From positions 46,438,001 to 46,502,000 of the forward strand of contig NC_043002.1 in the NCBI RefSeq assembly GCF_006345805.1: a stretch of DNA of 64,000 bases, read 5' to 3'. Shown here in pieces: positions 1 through 11,087 of the stretch. The notes under the pieces are model-generated. The model did no database searches. It saw only the letters and a list, made by a program, of their open reading frames with translations, and was not told where the DNA came from. The DNA comes from Octopus sinensis. Lineage: Eukaryota. Every line of letters begins with the position of its first letter. Position 1 is the stretch's first letter. Both the position numbers and the translations under genes were made by a program.

Positions 1-559
1 TCAATAAACATTCTCAAAAAAAAAAAAATGGTATATTTTACGGCAGGGATAATGCCTTTTGTCACATGCCTACTTGATCAAGCCTGCTTTAGGCTATAAC
101 CACTCCTCACTTTATATTTTAAAATTTATGTAGCTCAAGTAAAAAAAAAAATGGAAAAGAAAGACGAAAATAAACCTAGATGGAAGCAATCGTTATTAAC
201 AGTGCGGAGTGAATGTTGTGAGTGAAAAATTTACCAGTAATAGGGATAAAGTTGTTCGTTGTCGCGAACTTGTTCTGCAGTTCAGTAGTTGTTTAGTGTG
301 ATGGAAGGCAGCAAGCAGGCAACAAGATATACAAGGTGAGAGAGTAGAAGAAGCACTGTCATGTCGACTCATGTTAGATAGGAAAGAGATGGAAGATATA
401 TAAGGAGAAAGCGAGGGGAGCAGTAAAGTGGGAAGAAAATCTTTCATCTATGAAATGGTGTGTAAAATACTAAAAGTGCGAAATGAAATAATGCGATGTT
501 TACATACACGTACGTACGTACATACGTATGTATGTATGAATATACATGCGTAATATATA

Positions 560-730
560 TAGTGAGAATTTACAAAAAAAAACACAAGACGAAGATGGGT
601 GTGTAAACAACAGATGTATTAGTTTAACGCTCGGGAAGTAAGAGAGTCTTTTACGTTTCGAGCCTACGCTCTTCGACAAAAAGGAACACAGAAATATACA
701 AGGAGGGAAAACAAAAAAGGTTTAGTGGCT
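560..730 (-). mobile_element. Non-autonomous repeat with degenerate minimal hammerhead-like motif (Penelope-type end)
   Basis: Minus strand 684-647 reads CCTTT-TTGTCGAA-GAGC-GTAG-GCTC-GAA-ACGT-A-AAAGA: 4-bp stem II, GAAA, palindromic ACGT and a short stem I, but the core is TTGTCGA rather than CTGANGA. Confidence 0.4.
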
Positions 731-735
731 AGTGA

Positions 736-781
<46 letters not shown>

Positions 782-920
782 CATCCATCCATCCATCTAT
801 CCATCCATCCATCCATCTATATAGATATATACATACAGATATATATATACATGTAAGTGTGTGTGTGTTATACGTACACATGCACAAGTTTATGTACATA
901 ATATAATAATGTAAATACAT

Positions 921-1334
921 CTTATCTTTTACATGGTTCGGTCACCGGACTGCAACGACGCTGCCCCCCCCCCCTTGAATGGTTCAGTCGCACAAATCGA
1001 CTCCATTATGTAGTTTTAAGCTTAGTATTTATTCCACCAGAATCTTTTGACGAGCCGCTAAGTTACGGGGATATAAACAAACCAACTCCGGTTGTCAAGC
1101 GGTAGTGGAGCATAAACACAAACGCAAAGACAGACACACACATAGATAAATACATATAGGTACATATACGACGAGTTTTTTTTTTTTCAGTTTCCGCCAT
1201 TAAATCCTTTTACAAAGCTGTGGTCAGCCCAGAGCTATAGGAGAAGACACATGCCCAAAGAGTCATGCAGTGGGACTGAACTCAGAACAGTGCGATTGGA
1301 AAACAAATGTAGTACCACATAGCCACACCCGCGC
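921..1334 (-). mobile_element. tRNA-headed SINE (family A), near full length
   Basis: Reverse complement matches head and tail of copies at ~16600-16935 and ~21340-21690 (ggctgtgtggt...gggttcagtcccactg head; gacaaccgg...gactgaaac tail). Confidence 0.7.
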
Positions 1335-1381
1335 GTAGCACACGTCTTACCACACGGCCACATCTAATACTACACACACGC

Positions 1382-1434
<53 letters not shown>

Positions 1435-1435
<1 letters not shown>

Positions 1436-1650
1436 CCCTTTATCCTTCTACTTGTTTCAGTCATTAGACTGCGGCCATGTTGGGGCACCGACTTGAAGAA
1501 TTTTTAGTAGAATGAATCGACCCCAGTACTGATTTTCTTTTTAATCCTGGTACCTTATTATATCGGTCTTTTTTACCGAACCGCTATGTTACGGAAATGT
1601 AAACACACCAAGACCGGTTGTCAAGTGGTTGTGGAATCAAACGCAAAGAC
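1435..1650 (-). mobile_element. SINE family A 3' portion
   Basis: Near-duplicate of ~925-1140 (cagtcattagactgcggccatg...ccggttgtcaag), flanked by (CA)n. Confidence 0.65.
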
Positions 1651-3517
1651 ACACACACATATATACATACATGCACCTTTGATTGTGAATCACACACACA
1701 CACACACAGATAAAATACCAGGCTTAAGAAATAAGTAGAGATTTATTTTTGTGTTCGACTAAACTCCTCAAGTCAATGCCCCAGCATGGCTGTGGTCCAA
1801 TGACTGAAACAAGTAATAATAAAAAAAATCAATAAAAATATGTGAGGTAGCCCTCGCTGTTGAAATTGACAAAAAGGAACGTCCTTTGTTTAGGCGCTGA
1901 ATACGCTACTGTCGACCTTCACTGTTTCTGTTCTACGCCAAGTTGGTGTTAAGTCAATTTTCCATCCATTTAGGAGATATATGTTCAAAGAACTGAAGTA
2001 TGATTTTGTTCCAAATAAATTAAATTGTTGTTAAATTCAAAATTCTAATAGATCTCGGAAGTATGCCCCCACCCCACAATCACCATCATCATCACATTTA
2101 ACGTCTGATTTTCACGCTGGCATCGGTTGGATAGTCAGAGTGCTGCTCATGCTTCATTTGTCTGTTTAGGCATAGTTTCTACGACTGGAATGCCCTTCCT
2201 AGGGACAACCACTTTACAGAGTGTGCTAAGTGATATTACGTTTGATGATGTAAGATAGTAAGTGTATACAATTAATGCTCGGGTTGATTTGCTGCTGTCT
2301 AAACTCCACCTTGAACTGCAACTAATGAAGATTGGCTATAGGCAGTGTTTCAATCGTGTAGGTATATGTATAATAGAATAAAGTATAAGCAGGCAAATAA
2401 CTAGTATCCAGTCAAATTATGACACATTTAATCATCGACATGGCATAATGGTAGAGTTGATGTTACAGAAGATTAAATCATAAGATCAGTTGAAGAATAT
2501 TCATAATTGTCATGGTATATGCTAATATTCTTCCGGAACAATTATAAGGTTAAGTCCGAATTATTTGGTATTAAGTAAAACTGGTTATCGAACGTTGAAT
2601 CCAAAGCTGGGTGAGAAGAAAGGAGAAGGTGCACAGGTGGTGTCTCTTACAGCTGTTTCAAGAATAGTTGTCAGCCAAAATTATTACGGCAATCTATTCT
2701 ATCGTCGGAGTAGATTGCCACAATGACATACTGAGACACTTATGCCGTATGTGTCTAGAGAAGCATTTATCGCTAGAGATATGACTGCATGCTAGCCAGA
2801 TAGCTATTTCTTGAGGTGGGAAAACTCATTATTTATTGGAGACAAATGATTTTGTATTAACCCAGCATCGTGCAACGACCAAGAAACCTGTCTTCTGAAA
2901 GACTTCTGTTGTCCAACCATATTTTGGCAGGAAACTCATGGAAAATTCCATCGATCGTATGATAACCGCTGAAATACTATTGGTCAGAATCGGGGCAAAT
3001 CACCTAATATACTGTGACCTATTTCTCGTTATTGTACTAATGCAATTTCAAATCGAAGCCCTGCTACAACAGAAAGCTAGTAATGTGGACCTTCAGCATA
3101 ACTGCTCTGGGAGAATACTAGCATTTACCATAACCATTATGAATATTCCTCAACTAACTTTTATCGACCTCTTGTGATCTAAACTCCTGTAACATTCAAT
3201 TCTGCCGTCATGTTTCAATATGTCATAATTTAACTTGCTACCGGTTGTTTGTTTGTTGATACCTTTATTCTATCACACACACACATTTATATACATACAT
3301 AACAGAAGAAAGAGTCGACACTGGAAAAAACAAAGGTTATGTATTCTTTTTTCCGGTATCATCTCTTTGTTCTTATTACCTCTTTATACTCATCTAACAT
3401 TGAGTTCTGAAATATACGTATATTGAGTTTTACACCAGGTTATTAGTCTTGCTATACCTAAGCGATATATACATATGTATATGTATGTATGTATGTATAC
3501 AAGAAAATAGAGACAAA

Positions 3518-3783
3518 GAAGTTAGTTATTTATTATTAACAAATTGGTCATCTTTGCTTCTTACGGCCGTTTCAATTAATACTCAATAATTTAATTTCTG
3601 CTGAAATGAATTGATAGGTCCTCAAATAACACCCCCAAGGTACATCTTTTTTTCTCTGACGAAATTATGCTCATATCACATAAATGCTAATTTAATGTAC
3701 AAATTTGTAATTAAATTATTGAGTATTAATTGAAACGGCTGTAAGAAGCGAAGATGACCAATTTGTTAATAGTAAATAACTTC
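3518..3783. mobile_element. MITE-like fold-back element with 73-bp terminal inverted repeats
   Basis: 3524-3596 and 3709-3781 are reverse complements with 3 mismatches; ~110-bp AT-rich spacer, no ORF. Confidence 0.8.
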
Positions 3784-4014
3784 CTCATCTCCATTTTCTT
3801 TTCTTCGTTTAACTGGATATAAACTATATGCTTAATATATCTCTGTTGTTTTAAGGGAATTTCATTCTCCAACAGTACTAGGTATTGAACCAGTATTTCC
3901 TTGGATGCAACCATCCCTTCACGAAGTTAACATATCGTCTAATCAAATTTTATGAACATATATACACACATACATACTTGTTCATACGCACACACATTAC
4001 ATATATATATATTA

Positions 4015-4030
4015 TGGATATATATATTAT

Positions 4031-4122
<92 letters not shown>
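4015..4122. repeat. Compound (TA)n(GA)n microsatellite
   Basis: Directly visible; produces the spurious YI/ER ORF. Confidence 0.95.
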
Positions 4123-4126
<4 letters not shown>

Positions 4127-4473
4127 AGAAGTAGTCGAGGTATAACTAGAAACTTTTCAGCAAGTGCCTAATTCATATTAAGTTCCTAATCAGCCCTGAT
4201 CAAATAGACCTATGACCGAAAGTGTTTTAGCTATGACCATCCTGTCATTTTGTTTATTCTGAACTTCATTGCCTCCAATGTATCTTTCACTTATTTTAAA
4301 AAAGAAATTAGGTTGTAATTTGGGGAAGGTTGGGGTATTATTTCTAGAAAGGCAAATGACTCGTTGATTCGTACGAGACGAGTGGTGGCAAAACAATTTC
4401 TGCTGCTCTCTCCAAAAATTGAAACTTACTGGTGTGTGATCGATTATTTTAGTTGACAACAAACTGGACTTAT

Positions 4474-4622
4474 ACATTATTTACATTTGACGGATATTTG
4501 TCCTCATCCTGTTTGCTGTTAACAACGTTTCGGCTGATATACCCTCCAGCCTTCAGATGAGGACATATATCCGTCAAATGTAAATAATGGTACATAATTC
4601 CTCATCACTTAAAAACAGAACT
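4474..4622 (+). mobile_element. Truncated, 5'-inverted copy of the hammerhead-bearing element at 59061-59345
   Basis: 4474-4555 matches 59092-59174 in the same orientation. 4556-4622 is the element 3' end in the opposite orientation, ending AGAACT. Flanks acaaactggacttat (4459-4473) and ataaaatggacttat (4623-4637) form a 15-bp TSD with 2 mismatches. Confidence 0.75.
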
Positions 4623-4807
4623 ATAAAATGGACTTATGACATAGAATATAACAGGAAAATTTGGACTGTAACAGCTAACATCAGAGAAATCATTGACAAA
4701 GTATACGTGAACGTTTTCACCAAACCGTCTTTTCGAGTGCTGCATGTTAAACGTCACGTAAGCTTTAAAATTTCCCTTTAAGTTTCCACAGTTTCAATTT
4801 TGTCGGC

Positions 4808-4937
4808 TTGCATGGCTGTGTAGTAAGAACTTTGCTTCCCAACCACATAGTTTTGGGTTGGTTGGTTCCTTCCTTCCTTCCTTCCTTCCTTCCTTCCATC
4901 GATCCACCCACCCATCCATCCATCCATCCATCCATCC

Positions 4938-4983
<46 letters not shown>

Positions 4984-5300
4984 AGAGAGGGAGAGGGCGG
5001 TATTAATTAACCTAGCTGTTATTTAACATCCGGTTTTAATACCTAGTGCAAAACTGATTGCTTAGATCGATTATGATGAATCTATAATTCAGTATGATTT
5101 GATTAGTATGTGTGTGCATATGTTTGTGTCCTTATCCCCACTCCTAGACAACCGGTGTTGGCTTGTTTCGTCCTCGTAATCTAGCAGTTCTGTAACAGAC
5201 ACCGATAGAATAAGTACCAGGAACCATTTTGTCAACTAAACCCTTCAAAGTGGTGCCCCAGAATGGTCGCAGGTCAATGACTGAAACAAGTAAAAGATAA
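4808..5300 (+). mobile_element. SINE family A, head and tail separated by (TTCC)n(CATC)n(TATC)n microsatellite and other sequence
   Basis: Head ggctgtgtagtaagaactttgcttcccaaccacat at ~4813; tail ctagacaaccggtgttgg...gactgaaacaagtaaaagat at ~5145-5298. Confidence 0.6.
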
Positions 5301-6841
5301 ATGATTGCAATGTATACACTACTTTTTATAAAATACACACAACTCTCGGATACGGGATCGAAAAAGATTAACTGCAGTTTTATCTCTCAACCACTCGACA
5401 ACTGCTAGAAGTCGGATTTTCAGTAACCATTCTAGGAAGCCACATAAAACATCTTTAGGTAGACTGGGTATCTACTTACCTATTTTTTTTACATTGCGCG
5501 CGCGTTTGTGTATGTATGTATGTATATTATTCAGTTTATTTCAAAGTTTCTTGCCAATAAAAAACCAGTTTCTAACCTAGATCCAAGGTTCCTTCATTGT
5601 ATGTGTGTATGTATGTAATATATACTCCTCGTAACAGTCATGTTCTTGTATCAGGACCGATTCACTCTCCTTATTCCTAGATATCTTAGAAAATATTCTG
5701 AGGAAAGCAATTTGCAGGATCGATAATTCCGTACTCACTGACAACTTTCTGATTTTAGTCACCACCTTCTGTCTTCCGGAGCCTCTTTTTAGTCGCACGG
5801 CCTGCTAGAAATAGCAACAAAATCTCCCTAAAGCAACTCCCTGTCGTCTTAAAAGATAGACACAGAATAGCCTGAATAAGAACACGTAATGATCACTTCT
5901 AGAATGTCTTTCATCGTAAGTTTTCTTTACCAAAGTTGACTTGCGATTAAACAATTGCCAAAACTCTTCCGAATCTGCAGGTTATCCGCATTCCTCAAAT
6001 GTAGTTTGTACAAACCGTTTACTTTTCGTTGCGCACATTGTGTCTATTTCTAATTTCCGCACCAAATATATCGCACAATCCTTGAGTCCGAAGTCCAACT
6101 TCTATCCTGCTCGAATATATCCTCGCCAAACAGCAATCTCTCCGCTCTTTGTAAAGTACAAACGTATCAACGACAACGCAAATGTCATTTTAATACTGAG
6201 AAGCGTCACCATCATTACTTCTCTCGTTAGACTTGCGGTTGAGAAACACTAAAAAGTTACACGGGCTTTCAACAACAAAATTACATACTATGAAGCAGTT
6301 TTTATTTTCCCAAGGATAGTTAGTTATTGTTGCAGTCGTTTACCTACGAGTCAGCTCTAATCGAGGAGAACAGTGATCAAAGTCCTAAATGCAGGGAACG
6401 CAGTAGCACGTCATACAATGTTTATCGTTCTAAGATGTTCAGATGTAAGTTGGTGCAAATTTGGTTATTGTTTCTAGTAAGTTGACAAAGGCATTTGGCG
6501 GATTCAGAACGCTGAATCCGAGTTCGCCACCAAGAGAGTGGCGTGACGAATTCCACAGAAACATATAGTGGTATTTTAAACATTTATTGTTGTAATTTCA
6601 CTAAGAAATTAATATCGATATTTCATTTTATCCTGTAATTTAGCAAAAATTACGCGACACTTATCGGAAATTTTCAGTTTTCCAAAAACCTAATGGGTAG
6701 TGAGTGTGAGGGTTGAATCAAGATTGTTAGGCTGGGTTTTTTATTTTTTTCAAAGCATATTCCTAAAATTTGACTTATTTTCACTTGTATGGCTTTATAA
6801 TATTATGGTTTGTATCGTTTACTTAGAAAAGACAATACACA

Positions 6842-6956
6842 CACTAGTGTAGCTTGGCTATGAGGCAGTTGGTCCCGGGCGGCACTTTTGGATCTGCTGT
6901 GGGCAATATGTGTTTTTTGTGGGGTCCGGAGGCGGCACACTCTAGCTACGCTAGTG
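6842..6956. mobile_element. 115-bp hAT-type MITE
   Basis: 13-bp TIRs cactagtgtagct / agctacgctagtg (1 mismatch) and an exact 8-bp TSD aatacaca (6834-6841, 6957-6964); 8-bp TSDs are typical of hAT. Confidence 0.85.
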
Positions 6957-7515
6957 AATACACATGACTCTGTACAGAACTTCCAAGACTGATGGGGTGA
7001 GGGGAAAGTTTTCCTCAAACAGCAGACCTATTCCGAATTTGCAACAGATTTGACTCCGCTAAGGGTTCCGAAAGATCAGGTGATGGTGTAAAACTGCGTA
7101 ACAGATTAAGTCCTTCTTTTAAGTAGATCACGGCCAGATTTTTAATGCAAAGAGCCAGTACAAATTCTGAAAGGACAATCGTTCTACGCTTTAAGCGCCA
7201 AATACCGTCCAATACTGGTACTTTATTTATCGACCCCGGACGCTGTTGTGAGAAACAGATGAACTATTGCGCACAAATTTTGTAAGGACTCCATATCTCC
7301 AAAACTGTTAGAAATCTATAAAGTCTATACTGTAAATTCTACTTGTTCTAATGTGAATGATATTGCTGAAGAGAATCTGCAGCTTTTCATATGACGTTAG
7401 GTATTAAAACCATACTTAAATATGCTTTGCTTTATCATAATTACTTGTTTATTTTGGTGGGGATTCGTGTTTAATTTTCATCTGGCAACCTTAGTTTAAT
7501 TTCCCCCACGTCTAC

Positions 7516-7672
7516 CAATAGCTGTTTTACATTGTCTGTCCAATTCATAATTCGTGCTTCCCAATTCGTAATTCAAATGTCGGGTATCAAATGTCTCAAC
7601 TATATTTCGTAATGATGATGGCAGTCTCTCGTAGTCCGAGAAAGGCGGCTCTGCGATTTCTTGCGGAACAAG
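7516..7672 (-). CDS. Candidate internal exon of an unidentified gene (LVPQEIAEPPFSDYERLPSSLRNIVETFD...)
   Basis: Open 52 codons + 1 nt between acceptor ttaattatttgtgcag and donor gtagac; unique, protein-like composition; no recognised homology. Confidence 0.3.
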
Positions 7673-7699
7673 CTGCACAAATAATTAACCTTCATCAAA

Positions 7700-7870
7700 T
7701 CAACATTGCCTGCACAAGTGTACGGTGTGCATGTCAGCTATCGAAGTGATCGCAGAATAACGTGAAATAAAGTGTCTTACTCAAGAACACAACGTACCAC
7801 CTGGACCAGGAATTGAAACCATGATTTCGCGATCGTGAGTGTAACACTAACCACAAAGTCATGTGCCCTC
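7700..7870 (-). mobile_element. tRNA-headed SINE (separate family)
   Basis: Minus strand has an A/B-box-like head (gtggttagtgttacactcacgatcgcg...ggtttcaattcc); related copies at ~40300-40475 (-) and ~57295-57560 (+). Confidence 0.55.
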
Positions 7871-10198
7871 ACGATAATAACAAAATAGCTTAGAAACAAC
7901 ACTTTCCGCCGAAGTTATTTCATATCACAGAAATTATCAATTCTTTTGAGTTAAATTTTATCCTATATTATTTCAAGTATTCTATTACAAAGCATTACAT
8001 AGAAATTAAATTAGTGTAAAATATTCAAGAAATTTAAAACTTAAAACGTGTTTAAAAATATTTTTTTTTACTACAGCAAAGGAATTCCCGTAATATAATG
8101 TGAAAGTTCGAAAAAAATCATAGTAAAAACCTCAGCTGATTATTTGGTTAGCTTAAGATAATAGGAAAGTTTCATGTAGATGAATGCAGAAACAAGAATA
8201 AACTTGCTCTTAATTGAGGGAGCCGCTACCCGGTCAATCTATCTCCAAAAAAATAGCAGCTAAATCTCCCCCACACCACAGCTTACTACAAAAAATGCAA
8301 GGTAAGATTAGATGATGTAGTCCAAGAATACATAAAACAGAATGGTTACAACTGGAACGCCATTGATCCTAGATTTGCTCGATCAAGGATGACCCAGGGC
8401 TAAACAACAATAACAGTCATGATCACAACCAGAAATTATCTGAGATGCAGCAATGCACATCTGACAGTCAAAATTGTTTGGCGGTAAGAGTAAGGTAGTC
8501 CCATTCAGAACTGGGCTCAGATTGCGACTTTAACATTCCTTTAGCTGTCATAATTCTGACTGGGGGTTATTCAGACTGAGGGTATTCCCTATATAAACTT
8601 TTTCTCGCGTCAACGGTACGATCGTTCGAAACAGGACAAATTTTTCACTGTTCTGTTTGGGGTAACAAGCGCCAAATGAAATTCCGTCTATTATTTGAAG
8701 GTCAGTATAATTTGTCCATTTCCCCACCCCTTCGGACGTACTAAGTTCTGTAAACTAGATCTGCATGGCATATTTGATTGTATTTAGTCTATTTCCCTCC
8801 ACTTATTTGTTTTATTTACACGTATGCAAGAGAAAGTGGGACACTAATATTCCAATAGCTCACTAAAACACAAAACATTTGCAAACTAATTCGTTGACAC
8901 AGCCAAGAAGTAGAGACCAATTCATCTGTCGTTTCAACTATCTTTGTCTCGATGGCGTTAACGAAGGCTCTTGTCATTTAATCGGTGATACCAGTTGTGT
9001 CTGTTGCTGTCGGTTCATTGAGACGAATCTTACAGTGACTCGTAATAGTGCCGACTGCCCTTCTTGGCCATCGTCACAGCACATGATGAGCGGATCACAG
9101 CTTCCGAAATGTTTCAGAACCATTATTTAAAAAGAAGCTGGGGCAAAACAACAAAAATATTCAAGGTAAAAGGAAACGACCGAAGGGAAAATATTAACGA
9201 CTGGAAAAACAGAATAAACGGAATGTCAATACAAATTTTAAAATAATGGTTTTTCAGACATTTAAAACAAACAAGCTCATATTTTGATGATGTCATTCGT
9301 TCATGAGTAGTACTCCGATATCAGCCGTGTTTAATGATAGTAAGAAGGAAGTAATGGAAAATACACTCTTTACATTATACAAGTCTTGGCTCTTTAGTTA
9401 GAAACGAATCTCATCTGATGATCAATTCAATAAAGACGCACACACAGACTTACAATAACATTTACTGAAACAGGAAACTTAATTTATTGATGTATATTTG
9501 TATTTTGAAATTAAGAAGTGTGAAATAAGTTTCTCTGTAAGCTTTATGAGCCTTAAATTATTCAGTCAGACTAATTTTTCTATATCGTCACAGATTTGCT
9601 TATTTCTTTTCTATATACGTACATTGAAAGCATTTTTTTCTCCTCTTACTCTCTGAAAAACCTCATATAATGTTTGTCGCATGAAGCACACACAACCCAC
9701 GCAGCTTCTATATTCATTTTATTACTCCCACTACTACGACAATACGCGTTATGGGAAGGGGAAAAAAAAAGCATCATTTCTTTTTTTTTTTTTTTTCTTA
9801 CTACTACCATTCACCACATTTTCTGTTCGTCTATCTCTTACTGCTATTCCTTTACTCATCAAGTCAACCATAGTTTAAGATAACGCTCGAAATATGCTTT
9901 CTGACCGCTCCGCTTCCCTTTTCCAAATCACCAATAGCAACAACTTTCCACCTTCCTCTCTCTGTTGGCCTTATGACATCATTATATGGGCGTTAACCTA
10001 TGACGTAGTACACATTGCCAGCTATCAGACCAAGGTGCGCTTACGAGCCTGTTTTGAACAATCTTTTTCTCTTTCTCCTTCTCCTCTTAATTTCCCCTTC
10101 GTTTTCTTCAAACTTTTACTCGTTTTTGCCTTCAATATTTTCTTTATTTAGTCATTTTCATTATCATCTATACATACATTTATATATATTTATTTATA

Positions 10199-10230
<32 letters not shown>

Positions 10231-11017
10231 AACGTATGCATGTAGCTAAGTTTCTGTATGTTGATTTGATATATATATGTTTTTGTCTCTTCTACTTCAA
10301 CTTTTTAGTTACCTATGTCTATTTCTGCTATATTCGCCTTATCCTCTGAAAAGATGTGTGTATATAGATAAATCAATATGTACATAGAAACAATTATATA
10401 GTATATATATATATATATATATGCATACCGATGGTGGAAAGGGAGAGAAAAATGGCGGACATTCACACAAATGTATGGAGGAGGGAGTCTATATGAAGGC
10501 TGTGCACGTCTACACTCCGTGTGGGTGTGCCAAAGTATGTATGAATTGTTCACATTGAGGTTTCGTTTCTGCTAAATTTATTCTTACAATTTTTTTTTAT
10601 ATCACATCAATTATCTCGCAATCCTACCAACTAGTTACGATTTATACAAAAATCTTTACACCCGCATCTCTGTTTAAATCTATCGATCATTCTATCTAGC
10701 CACATACACACACATAAATTTTATATATATATATATATACACACCACACACACACACACATGTATAGCCACATTTCTACCCATTCATAATATGTAGTCAT
10801 TCCATCCAGCCAATATACATACATCTGTCAATCGATCCATCTGCCCATCCTGTTAGTCTATCGTCTTTCGCCCTCCCTCTCATAAATAGTCTTTTATCTA
10901 CATCCATATTTTCTACCCATTCATATATAGTCATTCCATTTAGCCATATACTTCTATCTATCTGTCTATCTATCTATCATCTCTGGCCACCACTCACACA
11001 CACCACGCTCACACTCA

Positions 11018-11087
<70 letters not shown>

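Noticed and set aside
300-334. ATG GAA GGC AGC...ACA AG|gtgaga as a first coding exon
   Set aside because: No promoter or downstream exon support; such short matches are expected by chance.
8820-8977. Minus ORF MTRAF...ELVSTSWLCQRI resembling a rhodanese/sulfurtransferase N-terminus
   Set aside because: No downstream HIPGA/FFD-type motif in any nearby frame and only a weak donor; likely chance.
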